A DNA stretch of 64,000 bases from an uncultured bacterium (GTDB taxonomy: Bacteria > Chlamydiota > Chlamydiia > Chlamydiales > SLFE01). The notes under the pieces are model-generated. The model ran no database searches. It had not been told where the DNA came from and worked only from the letters and a program-made list of their open reading frames with translations. Location of the stretch: contig CAZPBC010000007.1 of assembly GCA_964584775.1 (NCBI GenBank), positions 7,320 to 71,319 on the forward strand, in the 5' to 3' direction. A program made the position numbers and the translations under genes. Positions 35,375 to 45,295 of the stretch are shown piece after piece; the stretch's first letter is position 1, and every line of letters begins with the position of its first letter.

Positions 35375-36904
35375 ATGCTTAGAAAACTCCTCGACTACCA
35401 GTCCTCCCTTGCGGAACGCAATCGATTCTTTAAAACTTTACAACCCGCTCTAAACGCGCTTGACACCTTTCTCTTTGAGGCGGATGTCAAAACCGCACAG
35501 GCTCCCCATATTCGCGACGCTGTGGATATCAAACGCTGGATGGTGCTGGTAGTGGTCGCCCTCTTCCCTGCGATCCTAGTGGCGATCTGGAATACAGGAC
35601 TCCAAAGTTTTGTCTACTCAAGTGGCGACTACCAGTTGATGGATGAATACCTCGCTTCTCTCGGTTCTTTAGGTGACTATTTTGGATTTGCTTTCAAAAA
35701 TCAGCGTTTTTTGACCATCCTCTATCTAGGAGCTGCTTCATTCATCCCCGTGATGCTTGTTTCCTATATCGCCGGTGGGACGGTGGAGGCCATTTTTGCG
35801 ATTGTACGCCGCCACGAGATTGCGGAAGGATTTTTAGTAACTGGGATGCTTGTTCCGCTGATTCTTCCTCCTACGATCCCTCTTTGGATGGTCGCCGTCG
35901 GCGTGGCCGTTGGCATCATCCTGAGTAAAGAGCTTTTTGGGGGAACGGGAATGAATATCATGAATCCTGCCATGGCTTGCCGTGCATTCCTCTTCTTTGC
36001 GTACCCGACTAAACTCTCAGGAGATGTATGGGTCGGTCTCAATAGCACCACTGTTCGTGAAAGTCTTGTCAAAATGAACAACGCTGCAGGCCGATCTGGT
36101 GTGGATGGGTATACGCAAGCGACGAAGCTCGCCCAGTTCAATGTGACCCCAGACATCAAGCAGATCCATACAAGCGCCATTGCAACGAACAACTTGGGCA
36201 GTGCTGTCGATCATTATCCCCTGATCCAGAAGCTTTTTGATAAGTGGAGTGCCGCACAGGAGGGAGTGATGAAGCTCGGAAGTTTGACAGCTGACCAGCT
36301 GAAAGCTTTTGTCACTGGAGCAGTCAGCGAAGGTGGACTTGGACTCAATCCTGGTAGCTATATCGATGCCTACCGTTTTGCCGGACTGCAGTACAACCTC
36401 GGTGACACGAACGGTGATTGGCTCTTTTTCTTAGGAAACAAACTCGGTTCGATGGGAGAGCCTAGTGGTCTCGCTTGTATCTTAGGTGCTTTGATCATCG
36501 CTCTTGTTGGAGTGGGTTCCTGGAGGACCATGCTTTCAGTGATTGTCGGAGCTTTTTTTGCTGCCTCTTGCTTTGAGTGGGGATCTCATCTCCTTGGAGG
36601 AGAAGGAGGAGCCTGGACTGCTGCTACTTACGGTTTTCCGGCTTACAAACACTTATTATTGGGGGGGCTTGCCTTTGGTCTTGTTTATATGGCCACAGAT
36701 CCCGTCTCTTCGCCCGACACGGGGCTGGGCCGTGTGATCTACGGTTTTATGATCGGCCTAGTTGTCATTGTCATCCGTGTGATCAACCCTGCCTTTCCCG
36801 AAGGCGTGATGCTCGCTATTATTTTGGCAAACTGTTTCCACCCCTTGATCGACTACTATGTCGTTCTTAAATCTAGGAGAAAACGCCGTGTCGCCCTCGC
36901 CTAA
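35375..36904 (+). CDS. nqrB: Na+-translocating NADH:quinone reductase subunit B
   Basis: HIRDAVDIKRWM, EGFLVTGML, KELFGGTG.N.MNPA, DGYTQAT (FMN site), GSMGEPS, MATDPVS, EGVMLAI. Confidence 0.95.
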   Translation: MLRKLLDYQSSLAERNRFFKTLQPALNALDTFLFEADVKTAQAPHIRDAVDIKRWMVLVVVALFPAILVAIWNTGLQSFVYSSGDYQLMDEYLASLGSLGDYFGFAFKNQRFLTILYLGAASFIPVMLVSYIAGGTVEAIFAIVRRHEIAEGFLVTGMLVPLILPPTIPLWMVAVGVAVGIILSKELFGGTGMNIMNPAMACRAFLFFAYPTKLSGDVWVGLNSTTVRESLVKMNNAAGRSGVDGYTQATKLAQFNVTPDIKQIHTSAIATNNLGSAVDHYPLIQKLFDKWSAAQEGVMKLGSLTADQLKAFVTGAVSEGGLGLNPGSYIDAYRFAGLQYNLGDTNGDWLFFLGNKLGSMGEPSGLACILGALIIALVGVGSWRTMLSVIVGAFFAASCFEWGSHLLGGEGGAWTAATYGFPAYKHLLLGGLAFGLVYMATDPVSSPDTGLGRVIYGFMIGLVVIVIRVINPAFPEGVMLAIILANCFHPLIDYYVVLKSRRKRRVALA

Positions 36905-37805
36905 ACCGATACCGACCAACCGTTACACGATTTTCTTTATCATGGCACTCAGCTTTGTTTGTGCCTTGATCCTCTCCCTCATGGCGAGCGCGCTTCGAGG
37001 GCCTCAAGAAATCGCTGAGGAGCTGGACCGTAGCGGGCAGATGATGATGGCAGCGCGTATCTTGAGCCCAGAAGGGTACTTCCAAATCGATGAAAAGGGC
37101 GACTTTGTTCCCGCTAAACTGGAACAAGGAATCCATCTTGTCGCCACCACGGAAGACCCGACTCATCCCGACCGACGCGAATTGTTCGAAATGTACCGCG
37201 AGCGCATTGTACCGATGTTGGTCAATCGAAAAGGGGAGCTTTCGACTTTCGAGAAGCAGGGAATTGATCAAGCGAAATATATCGACGAACACCGAAAAGT
37301 AGGGTACTACACACTTCCGTGGATGTTGATCTACAAAGTCCTCCCCAACCCAGAAGCAGGGCAAAAACCCTCTGAAGAGGGTAAAGCTGCCGCTTGGGTG
37401 ATTCCCGTGAATGGGTATGGACTATGGGATGCGATCTACGGATACCTCGCTCTTTCTACAAACGGGGATACTGTGATTGGAATCTCTTGGTACGATCAGA
37501 AGGAGACACCTGGCCTTGGTGCGGTGATTACGGAGCCGGGTTGGCAGGAACAGTTCCATGGAAAGCTGATCTTTGAAGAGGGGCCAGATGGAAAGACCGA
37601 TTTTGAGACGGCACCGCTTGGCTTAACAGTGGTGCGTGGAAAAGTGGAAAATGTGATTGGGGATAAGCCCAAAGCAAAAAGCTCGATCGATGGAATTCCA
37701 GGAGCCACACTGACTGGAAATGGGGTGACGAGTGCCTACCACGACGTCCTGAAACCCTACCGTGCTTTTTTAATCAAACTTCATGAATCCTCGGAGGATC
37801 AATAA
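36888..37805 (+). CDS. nqrC: Na+-NQR subunit C
   Basis: GTG at 36888 after SD AGGAG; GYGLWDAIYGY, YDQKETPGLG, FMN motif IDGIPGATLTGNGV. Confidence 0.93.
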   Translation: MSPSPKPIPTNRYTIFFIMALSFVCALILSLMASALRGPQEIAEELDRSGQMMMAARILSPEGYFQIDEKGDFVPAKLEQGIHLVATTEDPTHPDRRELFEMYRERIVPMLVNRKGELSTFEKQGIDQAKYIDEHRKVGYYTLPWMLIYKVLPNPEAGQKPSEEGKAAAWVIPVNGYGLWDAIYGYLALSTNGDTVIGISWYDQKETPGLGAVITEPGWQEQFHGKLIFEEGPDGKTDFETAPLGLTVVRGKVENVIGDKPKAKSSIDGIPGATLTGNGVTSAYHDVLKPYRAFLIKLHESSEDQ

Positions 37806-37808
37806 GCA

Positions 37809-38444
37809 ATGAGTCGTCCCTCAAACCTTCACTATTTTAGCGACCAACTGTTGAGAAGCAACCAGGTGCTAGTGGCCATCTTAGGGATCTGTTCGGCACT
37901 CGCGATTACCAATAAACTTGCCATTGCTGTGACAATGGGACTCTCTGTCACTTTTGTGACAGCCTGCTCTTCCTTTTTTGTCTCTCTACTCCGTAATTAC
38001 ACACCTGCCAGTGTCCGGATGATCACACAGCTTGCAATCATTTCCGTTTTCGTGATCATCATTGATAACTTTTTGCATGCTTACTTTTTTCAAAGCTGGA
38101 AAGTGATGACCGTCTTTGTCGGATTGATTATCACCAACTGTATCGTGATGGGCCGTGCGGAAGGAATGGCAAAAAACGTGACACCTTGGCCCGCCTTTTT
38201 AGATGGAGCGGGTGCGGGAATGGGCTATGCGCTGGTGCTTGTCGTTGTCGGTTTTATCCGAGAGTTATTTGGTTTTGGTCAACTCTTTGGTTACCAAGTC
38301 GTTCCTCTCTCTTGGTATGCAACAGCAGAAGCGCCTTCTGCGTATGAAAACTTTGGACTGATGGTGAGCCCCCCTGCGGCATTTTTTATCATTGGACTTC
38401 TCATCTGGATCATTAACTTAACTGTGAACAAGGAAGCGGCATAA
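37809..38444 (+). CDS. nqrD: Na+-NQR subunit D
   Basis: [46 protein letters not shown]. Confidence 0.95.
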   Translation: MSRPSNLHYFSDQLLRSNQVLVAILGICSALAITNKLAIAVTMGLSVTFVTACSSFFVSLLRNYTPASVRMITQLAIISVFVIIIDNFLHAYFFQSWKVMTVFVGLIITNCIVMGRAEGMAKNVTPWPAFLDGAGAGMGYALVLVVVGFIRELFGFGQLFGYQVVPLSWYATAEAPSAYENFGLMVSPPAAFFIIGLLIWIINLTVNKEAA

Positions 38445-38446
38445 TT

Positions 38447-39202
38447 ATGTGGATGGGTGCTTACGAACCAATCAATCTTCTCGGACTCTTAATCCAGTCG
38501 ATTTTTATTGAAAACTTCCTTTTGGCGAATTTCTTGGGGATGTGTACCTACCTCGCATGCTCAGCGAAGTTAAAAACAGCAAATGGTCTAGGGGTTGCGG
38601 TGGTGGTCGTTCTGACGATTGCAGGGATCTTGAATTGGATGGTATTCCATTTTATCAGTGGACCAGGGGCCCTCTCCTGGCTTGAAGCGCTGGGACTGGA
38701 TATGGCTGGAATCAACCTCAACTTCCTCACCTTCCTTCTCTTTATCTCAGTGATTGCCGCCTCCGTACAGATTCTTGAGATTGTGATTGAAAAGTTCTCT
38801 CCCGCTCTCTACATGTCTTTGGGTCTCTACCTTCCTCTCATCACCGTGAACTGCGCCATTTTGGGAGCGTGTCTTTTCGCAATGACTAGAGAGTATCCTT
38901 TCATTCCTAACTTGGTCTATGTCTTCGGTTCAGGAGTCGGCTGGTGGCTGGCGATTGCCCTGATTGCAGCGATCCGTGAGAAGATCACCGTTTCCCATGT
39001 CGTTCCCGGTATGAAAGGGATGGGCATCACCTTTGTGATGACAGGGCTCATGTCGATGGCCTTTATGGGATTCACAGGGATCAAACTGGCAGTCCCGACA
39101 GGGGGAGCGAAAACGGAGGTCGTTGCAGAGGCTAATGCGCCGATAGCGCCAGAAGCATTGCCTCGCCCATCTACACCGAATGATGCCTCGCCCTCCACTT
39201 AA
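38447..39202 (+). CDS. nqrE: Na+-NQR subunit E
   Basis: IFIEN..L..FLGMCTYLA, LGLYLPLITVNCAILG, GITFVMTGLMSMAF. Confidence 0.95.
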   Translation: MWMGAYEPINLLGLLIQSIFIENFLLANFLGMCTYLACSAKLKTANGLGVAVVVVLTIAGILNWMVFHFISGPGALSWLEALGLDMAGINLNFLTFLLFISVIAASVQILEIVIEKFSPALYMSLGLYLPLITVNCAILGACLFAMTREYPFIPNLVYVFGSGVGWWLAIALIAAIREKITVSHVVPGMKGMGITFVMTGLMSMAFMGFTGIKLAVPTGGAKTEVVAEANAPIAPEALPRPSTPNDASPST

Positions 39203-39222
39203 GATATAAATAGTAATCCAGG

Positions 39223-40659
<1,437 letters not shown>

Positions 40660-40799
40660 CGGGGTCGATTCTACCTTAAAATCCTCTTCTTGCGAAGGGT
40701 ATTTATAAGAATCTTTCCGTCATCCATTCAGCCTAAGGGTGAAAGATTCTAGAATGAGCTTCATGAAGAATTTCCTATCTCAAGAAGAAAAAAAGAGTT

Positions 40800-41894
40800 A
40801 TGCTTTTTTTATCGAAGGATCATGAGGAGAAGTTGATGCAACCGGTGGGAGTTAAAGTCGAAGTGAAAGAAGAGCCAGGTGGAGTTGCTGGCTCGGCCTG
40901 GAATCAGGAGGATGCTTTTCTTAGCATGATAGAAGACAATCCCGATCTCCTTCAAGACATGAGTTTGCAACTTCGAGGGGATCCAAATGTGATTGCAGCA
41001 GGGTTTAATCACAGCCGCGGCGAGGCTATGCAGTATGCGGATGACAGGTTAAAGAGAGATCAGGATTTCATTCTAGAGAATGTGAGTTACTGGACTCAGA
41101 TGATTTTAAAGCATATCGACAAGGCTCTGCTCCGTGATCGAGATTTTGTCTTAAAGCTGGTTGCCAAGTCCCACTATCTTTTTAATTATGCTGCTCCAAG
41201 TTTAAAGAAGGATGAAACGTTCCTATTAGAAGTTTGTCGTGTGAGCCCGCTCGCTCTAACTTATATGGATTCGAAATTAAAGAAGAAGAAGTCCTTTGCC
41301 CTGCAGCTGCTAGAGATTTCAGGATTGGCTCTCGGAGCTATAGATGAGATGTATTACAGCGACAAAGAGGTGGTCTTAGCAGCCATCGATGAGAAAGTTT
41401 TGCAAATTTGGTTTCGCATCAGTAAAGACCTTCAAAAAGACCGCGATGTGTTGATCAAAGCGACGCAGTTTGGGAGAGCTGTCTATAGCCCAAAACTGCG
41501 AAAAGATCCCGCATTTTTGATTGAGGTGATTCGAGGCAATGCAGCCTTTCTAAAACAGGTTCAAAAGCCGCTTTTAGAGGATCGATCGTTTGTTCTGCGC
41601 GCGGTCATTGTAAATCATGAGGCACTGAAAGCAGCACCATTAAAATATAAAAGGGATCAACGTTTTCTATTAGACGCGATCTCCGAAAATGCCCGTGTTC
41701 TTCAAAGTGTTCCAATCTCGCTTAGGAAAAATGTCGAGTTTCTTACACGCGCTGTGGAAACGAATCCTGAAGCGAAAACCTATATTCCTGCTAAATTAAG
41801 GCCTTCGGTAGTGACTGGAACTAGCAGCTCAACGCCTCCTACAGGAAAAAGGAAGGTAGAAAGGGCAGCGGGTTCAAGAAAGCGACACCGGTAG
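40800..41894 (+). CDS. DUF4116-type repeat protein with basic C-terminal tail
   Basis: Repeats such as MQYADDRLKRDQDFIL, FNYAAPSLKKDETFLLEV, SDKEVVLAAI, KAAPLKYKRDQRFLLDAI; ends KRKVERAAGSRKRHR. Confidence 0.75.
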   Translation: MLFLSKDHEEKLMQPVGVKVEVKEEPGGVAGSAWNQEDAFLSMIEDNPDLLQDMSLQLRGDPNVIAAGFNHSRGEAMQYADDRLKRDQDFILENVSYWTQMILKHIDKALLRDRDFVLKLVAKSHYLFNYAAPSLKKDETFLLEVCRVSPLALTYMDSKLKKKKSFALQLLEISGLALGAIDEMYYSDKEVVLAAIDEKVLQIWFRISKDLQKDRDVLIKATQFGRAVYSPKLRKDPAFLIEVIRGNAAFLKQVQKPLLEDRSFVLRAVIVNHEALKAAPLKYKRDQRFLLDAISENARVLQSVPISLRKNVEFLTRAVETNPEAKTYIPAKLRPSVVTGTSSSTPPTGKRKVERAAGSRKRHR

Positions 41895-41897
41895 GTC

Positions 41898-43220
41898 TTA
41901 AAGTCGTTCAGCGACTTCGAGGAAGTGGTCGAGCTGGGCTTTTGTCTTTTTTTCTGTGACGGTGACGAGCCAATGGTTTTCCAGCTGGGGGTAGAAACGA
42001 CCGAGATGGAGGCCAGGGTGGATCTTTTCTTTGTGGAAAGCTTCCTTGACCTTTTCGTGAGGTGTCTCAAAGTGGACGACGAACTCGTTGAAGGTCTCAT
42101 GATTCGAGAAGAGGTTTTTCTGGAGGCCTTTTTTGAGGTAGCTCGCACGTTGGTAGTTGGTCAGAGCTAGCTCCTTGATTCCTTCTTTGCCGTACCAGAG
42201 GAGGCCGACAAGAGAAGCAAGGGCAGCAAGGGCTTGGTTGGTACAAATGTTGGAGGTAGCCTTGTCACGGCGGATGTGCTGCTCACGTGCTTGAAGCGTG
42301 AGGGTAAAGGCGCGGCGGCCTTCAGAGTCGACGGTTTCGCCAACGAGTCTTCCTGGAAGTTGACGTAGGTAGCGTTTGTCGGAGGCGATGTATCCACAGA
42401 AGGGGCCGCCGAACTGGAGCGGCAGACCGAATGGTTGGGTGTCACCGCAGACGATGGTGGCTCCTTGCTCTTTTGCTGACTTGAAGAGACCAAACGAGAG
42501 CGGGTTGGCGGAGAGGATGAGGGGGATGTTGAGTGCGTTGAGCTCGCCACGGAGAGGTTCAGCCTCTTCAAGAATGCCAAAAAAATTGGGAGATTGGATG
42601 AGCACAGCGGCAGTCTCTTCAGAGAGAAGGGAGCGCATCTTATCAAAGTCAGTGGTTCCCTCTTTTGTCATGGGGACGATTTCGGCTTCGAGACCGTCAT
42701 GACTAAGGTACTGGTCAAGAACGGCTCGATAGGAGGGGTGGATCGTCTCTGAGACGAGGACTTTGTGCGCTTTTTTCATCCGCAGTGCCATGAGAGCTGA
42801 CTCAGCGAGAGCCGAAGCGGCGTCGTAAACGGAGGCGTTACTCACATCGAGTCCGGTGAGGGCAGCGATGCAAGACTGAAATTCAAAGATAGCTTGAAGC
42901 ATTCCTTGGGAGGCTTCGGCTTGGTAGGGGGTATAGGAAGTGAGGAATTCTGACTTTGAAGTGATGGCAGAGACGACACTCGGGACATAATGGTCATAGG
43001 CGCCTGCACCGAGGTAAGAGTCGAAATCGAGGTGGGTGTTTTCTTTCGCAATTTCCTGAATTCTACGGATCCCCTCCATCTCAGAGAGGCCATCCTCTTC
43101 TGCAGGTGCGGGGTGGATCAACGAAGAGGGGGCTTGGCGGAAGAGTTCAACGACTTCTTCAATACCGAGCGTCTTCTTGATCTTTTTGTTCTGCTCCTCG
43201 CTGTTGGCAACAAAATCCAT
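41898..43220 (-). CDS. gcvPA: Glycine dehydrogenase (decarboxylating) subunit 1
   Basis: YLGAGAYDHYVP, EFLTSYTPYQAEASQG, NASVYD, GGP, RLVGET, REQHIRRDKATSNICTNQAL. Confidence 0.96.
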   Translation of the reverse strand: MDFVANSEEQNKKIKKTLGIEEVVELFRQAPSSLIHPAPAEEDGLSEMEGIRRIQEIAKENTHLDFDSYLGAGAYDHYVPSVVSAITSKSEFLTSYTPYQAEASQGMLQAIFEFQSCIAALTGLDVSNASVYDAASALAESALMALRMKKAHKVLVSETIHPSYRAVLDQYLSHDGLEAEIVPMTKEGTTDFDKMRSLLSEETAAVLIQSPNFFGILEEAEPLRGELNALNIPLILSANPLSFGLFKSAKEQGATIVCGDTQPFGLPLQFGGPFCGYIASDKRYLRQLPGRLVGETVDSEGRRAFTLTLQAREQHIRRDKATSNICTNQALAALASLVGLLWYGKEGIKELALTNYQRASYLKKGLQKNLFSNHETFNEFVVHFETPHEKVKEAFHKEKIHPGLHLGRFYPQLENHWLVTVTEKKTKAQLDHFLEVAERL

Positions 43221-43222
43221 GA

Positions 43223-43582
43223 TTAACTCGTCATCTGTTGGTAGGCGGTCTCGTCCATGAGGGCATCCATTTCACTGGCATTGTCCAGTCTCACCTTAAA
43301 AATCCATCCCTCTTGAAGAGGGGATTGATTGATGAGCTCGGGTTCATCGGAAAGGCGTCCGTTGATCTCAACAATCTCACCAGAAAGGGGACTGTAGACG
43401 TCTGCTGCGGCTTTCGTCGACTCGAGGACAGCGGCATCTTGGCCCGCCTTCACCACTTTACCGGTGGAAGGAAGTTCAATAAAAACCACGTCCCCAAGCT
43501 CGCCTTGAGCAAACTCAGTGATTCCTATCGTGGCAACGTCGCCATCGACTTGTACCCATTCGTGCGATTCTGTGTACTTCAT
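43223..43582 (-). CDS. gcvH: Glycine cleavage system H protein
   Basis: YTESHEW, GITEFAQGELGDVVFIELP, lipoyl lysine ESTKAAADVYSP, GWIFK. Confidence 0.96.
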   Translation of the reverse strand: MKYTESHEWVQVDGDVATIGITEFAQGELGDVVFIELPSTGKVVKAGQDAAVLESTKAAADVYSPLSGEIVEINGRLSDEPELINQSPLQEGWIFKVRLDNASEMDALMDETAYQQMTS

Positions 43583-44649
43583 TTTGTGTCCTTTTTGTAG
43601 AAGGGGAGGGTGGTGAGCGTTAAGGGTACCCTCTTATCCCGAATATTCACAGTGAGTTTTGAATTTTCATCGACTTTTTTCGACAAATGAAGAAGAGCGA
43701 TTCCCTTTTTCAAGGAGGGAGAGAAGGTTCCTGAGGTCACCACTCCGATCTCCTCATCACCGTCGTAGACCTCCATGCCTTCACGGGCGATCCCTCGTTC
43801 GACAAGCGCTGCAGCTGGAAAAGAGAGAGGGGTTTTTTGGGTGATGGCTTCTTTTCCAAGAAAGTCCTCTTTTTCAAGGTGGACGGTCCAAGCAGAGACG
43901 CTCTCATGCGGAAAAATCAGTTTGTTCAGCTCGTGGCCAAAGAGGGCGTAGCCCATCTCCAGGCGGAGCGTGTCACGTGCACCGAGCCCACAGGGCTTCA
44001 CACGGGGGTCTTTTAAGAACAGATCCCAGATAGCAAGTCCCGTTTGGTGGTCGGTGACGAGCTCGATTCCTTTTTCCCCAGTATAGCCGGTCGTGGAGAG
44101 AAGCACTCTCTTGCCGCCGTAGCTCGTTTCTATGCAGCGCATCCGTTTTAAGCCGTCCAGTTCCGGAAAAAGAGTTTTAGCGATCTCGATCGAGTGAGGA
44201 CCCTGCAGAGCCAGAATCACATCTTTTTCAAACTGAGCTGAGACTTGAACATCCAGGCCAGATGCCTGGCTTTGAAGGTGGTTGAGGACTGCGTCGCGGT
44301 TCGAGGCGTTTGCAATGATATAAAAATGGGTGTCACTCAGCTTAAAGAGAATGAGGTCGTCAATCGGCTCGCCGCTTTCTTTGCAGAAGACCGTATAGAT
44401 CGCAAGTCCATCGGGCTTTCCTTGCACTTTGGTGACGGCGAGTCCATCGAGGAAGGAGAGGGTGTCCTTGCCACTCACTTCGATTTTTCCCATGTGTGAA
44501 ACATCAAAGAGGCCAGCACTCGTTCGTACAGCTTCATGCTCTTCTGTGATACTGCTGTACTCGCGTGGCATCATCCAGCCCGAAAAGGAAACCAATTTTG
44601 CACCTAGGGCTAGGGCTTTGTCGTGAAAAATTGTGGTGCTATGAGACAA
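43579..44649 (-). CDS. gcvT: Glycine cleavage system aminomethyltransferase T
   Basis: FSGWMMP, EHEAVR, LFDVSHMG, ALQGP, TGYTGEKG, GLGARDTLRLEMGYALFG, VTSGTFSPSL. TTG start overlaps the upstream stop. Confidence 0.95.
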   Translation of the reverse strand: MSHSTTIFHDKALALGAKLVSFSGWMMPREYSSITEEHEAVRTSAGLFDVSHMGKIEVSGKDTLSFLDGLAVTKVQGKPDGLAIYTVFCKESGEPIDDLILFKLSDTHFYIIANASNRDAVLNHLQSQASGLDVQVSAQFEKDVILALQGPHSIEIAKTLFPELDGLKRMRCIETSYGGKRVLLSTTGYTGEKGIELVTDHQTGLAIWDLFLKDPRVKPCGLGARDTLRLEMGYALFGHELNKLIFPHESVSAWTVHLEKEDFLGKEAITQKTPLSFPAAALVERGIAREGMEVYDGDEEIGVVTSGTFSPSLKKGIALLHLSKKVDENSKLTVNIRDKRVPLTLTTLPFYKKDTK

Positions 44650-45295
44650 ATTTTACACTGCTCCATACAGAGGGGTTTTGGTCGATCTGGATCTCCTTTT
44701 GGAGGAGGGTCATCTCCACGGGGGAGTGGTCACTAAAGTGTTGGACGAAGCAAAAACCCATCCGGTTAAACTCGGCGGGGTCATATCCAAAGAGGGCTTC
44801 TTTGGGTATGAAAATCTCCATCTCATATCCCTTCTTTTTTTTGTAACTCACCACTTCCAAAAGGGATGCCTCAGCGAGAGGATGGAGGTCTTCCGTACGA
44901 AAGCGGGTGACCTCTTTCGCTTGCACACCGGAGACAGCTTCGGGTAGAAACACAAACTGGTGGCAGAAACGGTGGTTGAACGTTTTGTTCTTTATATCTC
45001 GGGTATCAATAAAAAGCTCTAGTGCCTCACCTAAATCGTAGTCAGGAAAGTGAGACTCTCCCATTTTCACATCTGAATCGAGATGGAAATGGAGCCCCTC
45101 TTCACTCCATGCAAAGTAGAGGGTGCTACACTCTTTTTCCCCATGCATCTCTGCAAAAGAGGGGACGGCATAGGCTGCTTTCTTTAGAGCTCCCTTCTTT
45201 TTTTTACAAGAGAGCTCAAAGTGAAAGTAGTTGAGTGGGTGTAGAGTGATCTCCTCTAAGGGAGCTTCTATTGTCTCAACATCCATCTTGATCAA
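44639..45295 (-). CDS. Conserved hypothetical protein, DOMON/CBM9-like sugar-binding fold
   Basis: LYFAWSEEGLHF, GEALELFIDTR, YEMEIFIP..ALFG.D, MGF pattern. Confidence 0.55.
   Translation of the reverse strand: MIKMDVETIEAPLEEITLHPLNYFHFELSCKKKKGALKKAAYAVPSFAEMHGEKECSTLYFAWSEEGLHFHLDSDVKMGESHFPDYDLGEALELFIDTRDIKNKTFNHRFCHQFVFLPEAVSGVQAKEVTRFRTEDLHPLAEASLLEVVSYKKKKGYEMEIFIPKEALFGYDPAEFNRMGFCFVQHFSDHSPVEMTLLQKEIQIDQNPSVWSSVKFVS

Noticed and set aside
40660-41897. Transposon-type insertion for the DUF4116 gene
   Set aside because: No terminal inverted repeats or target-site duplication seen at either junction; the ORF has no transposase motifs.
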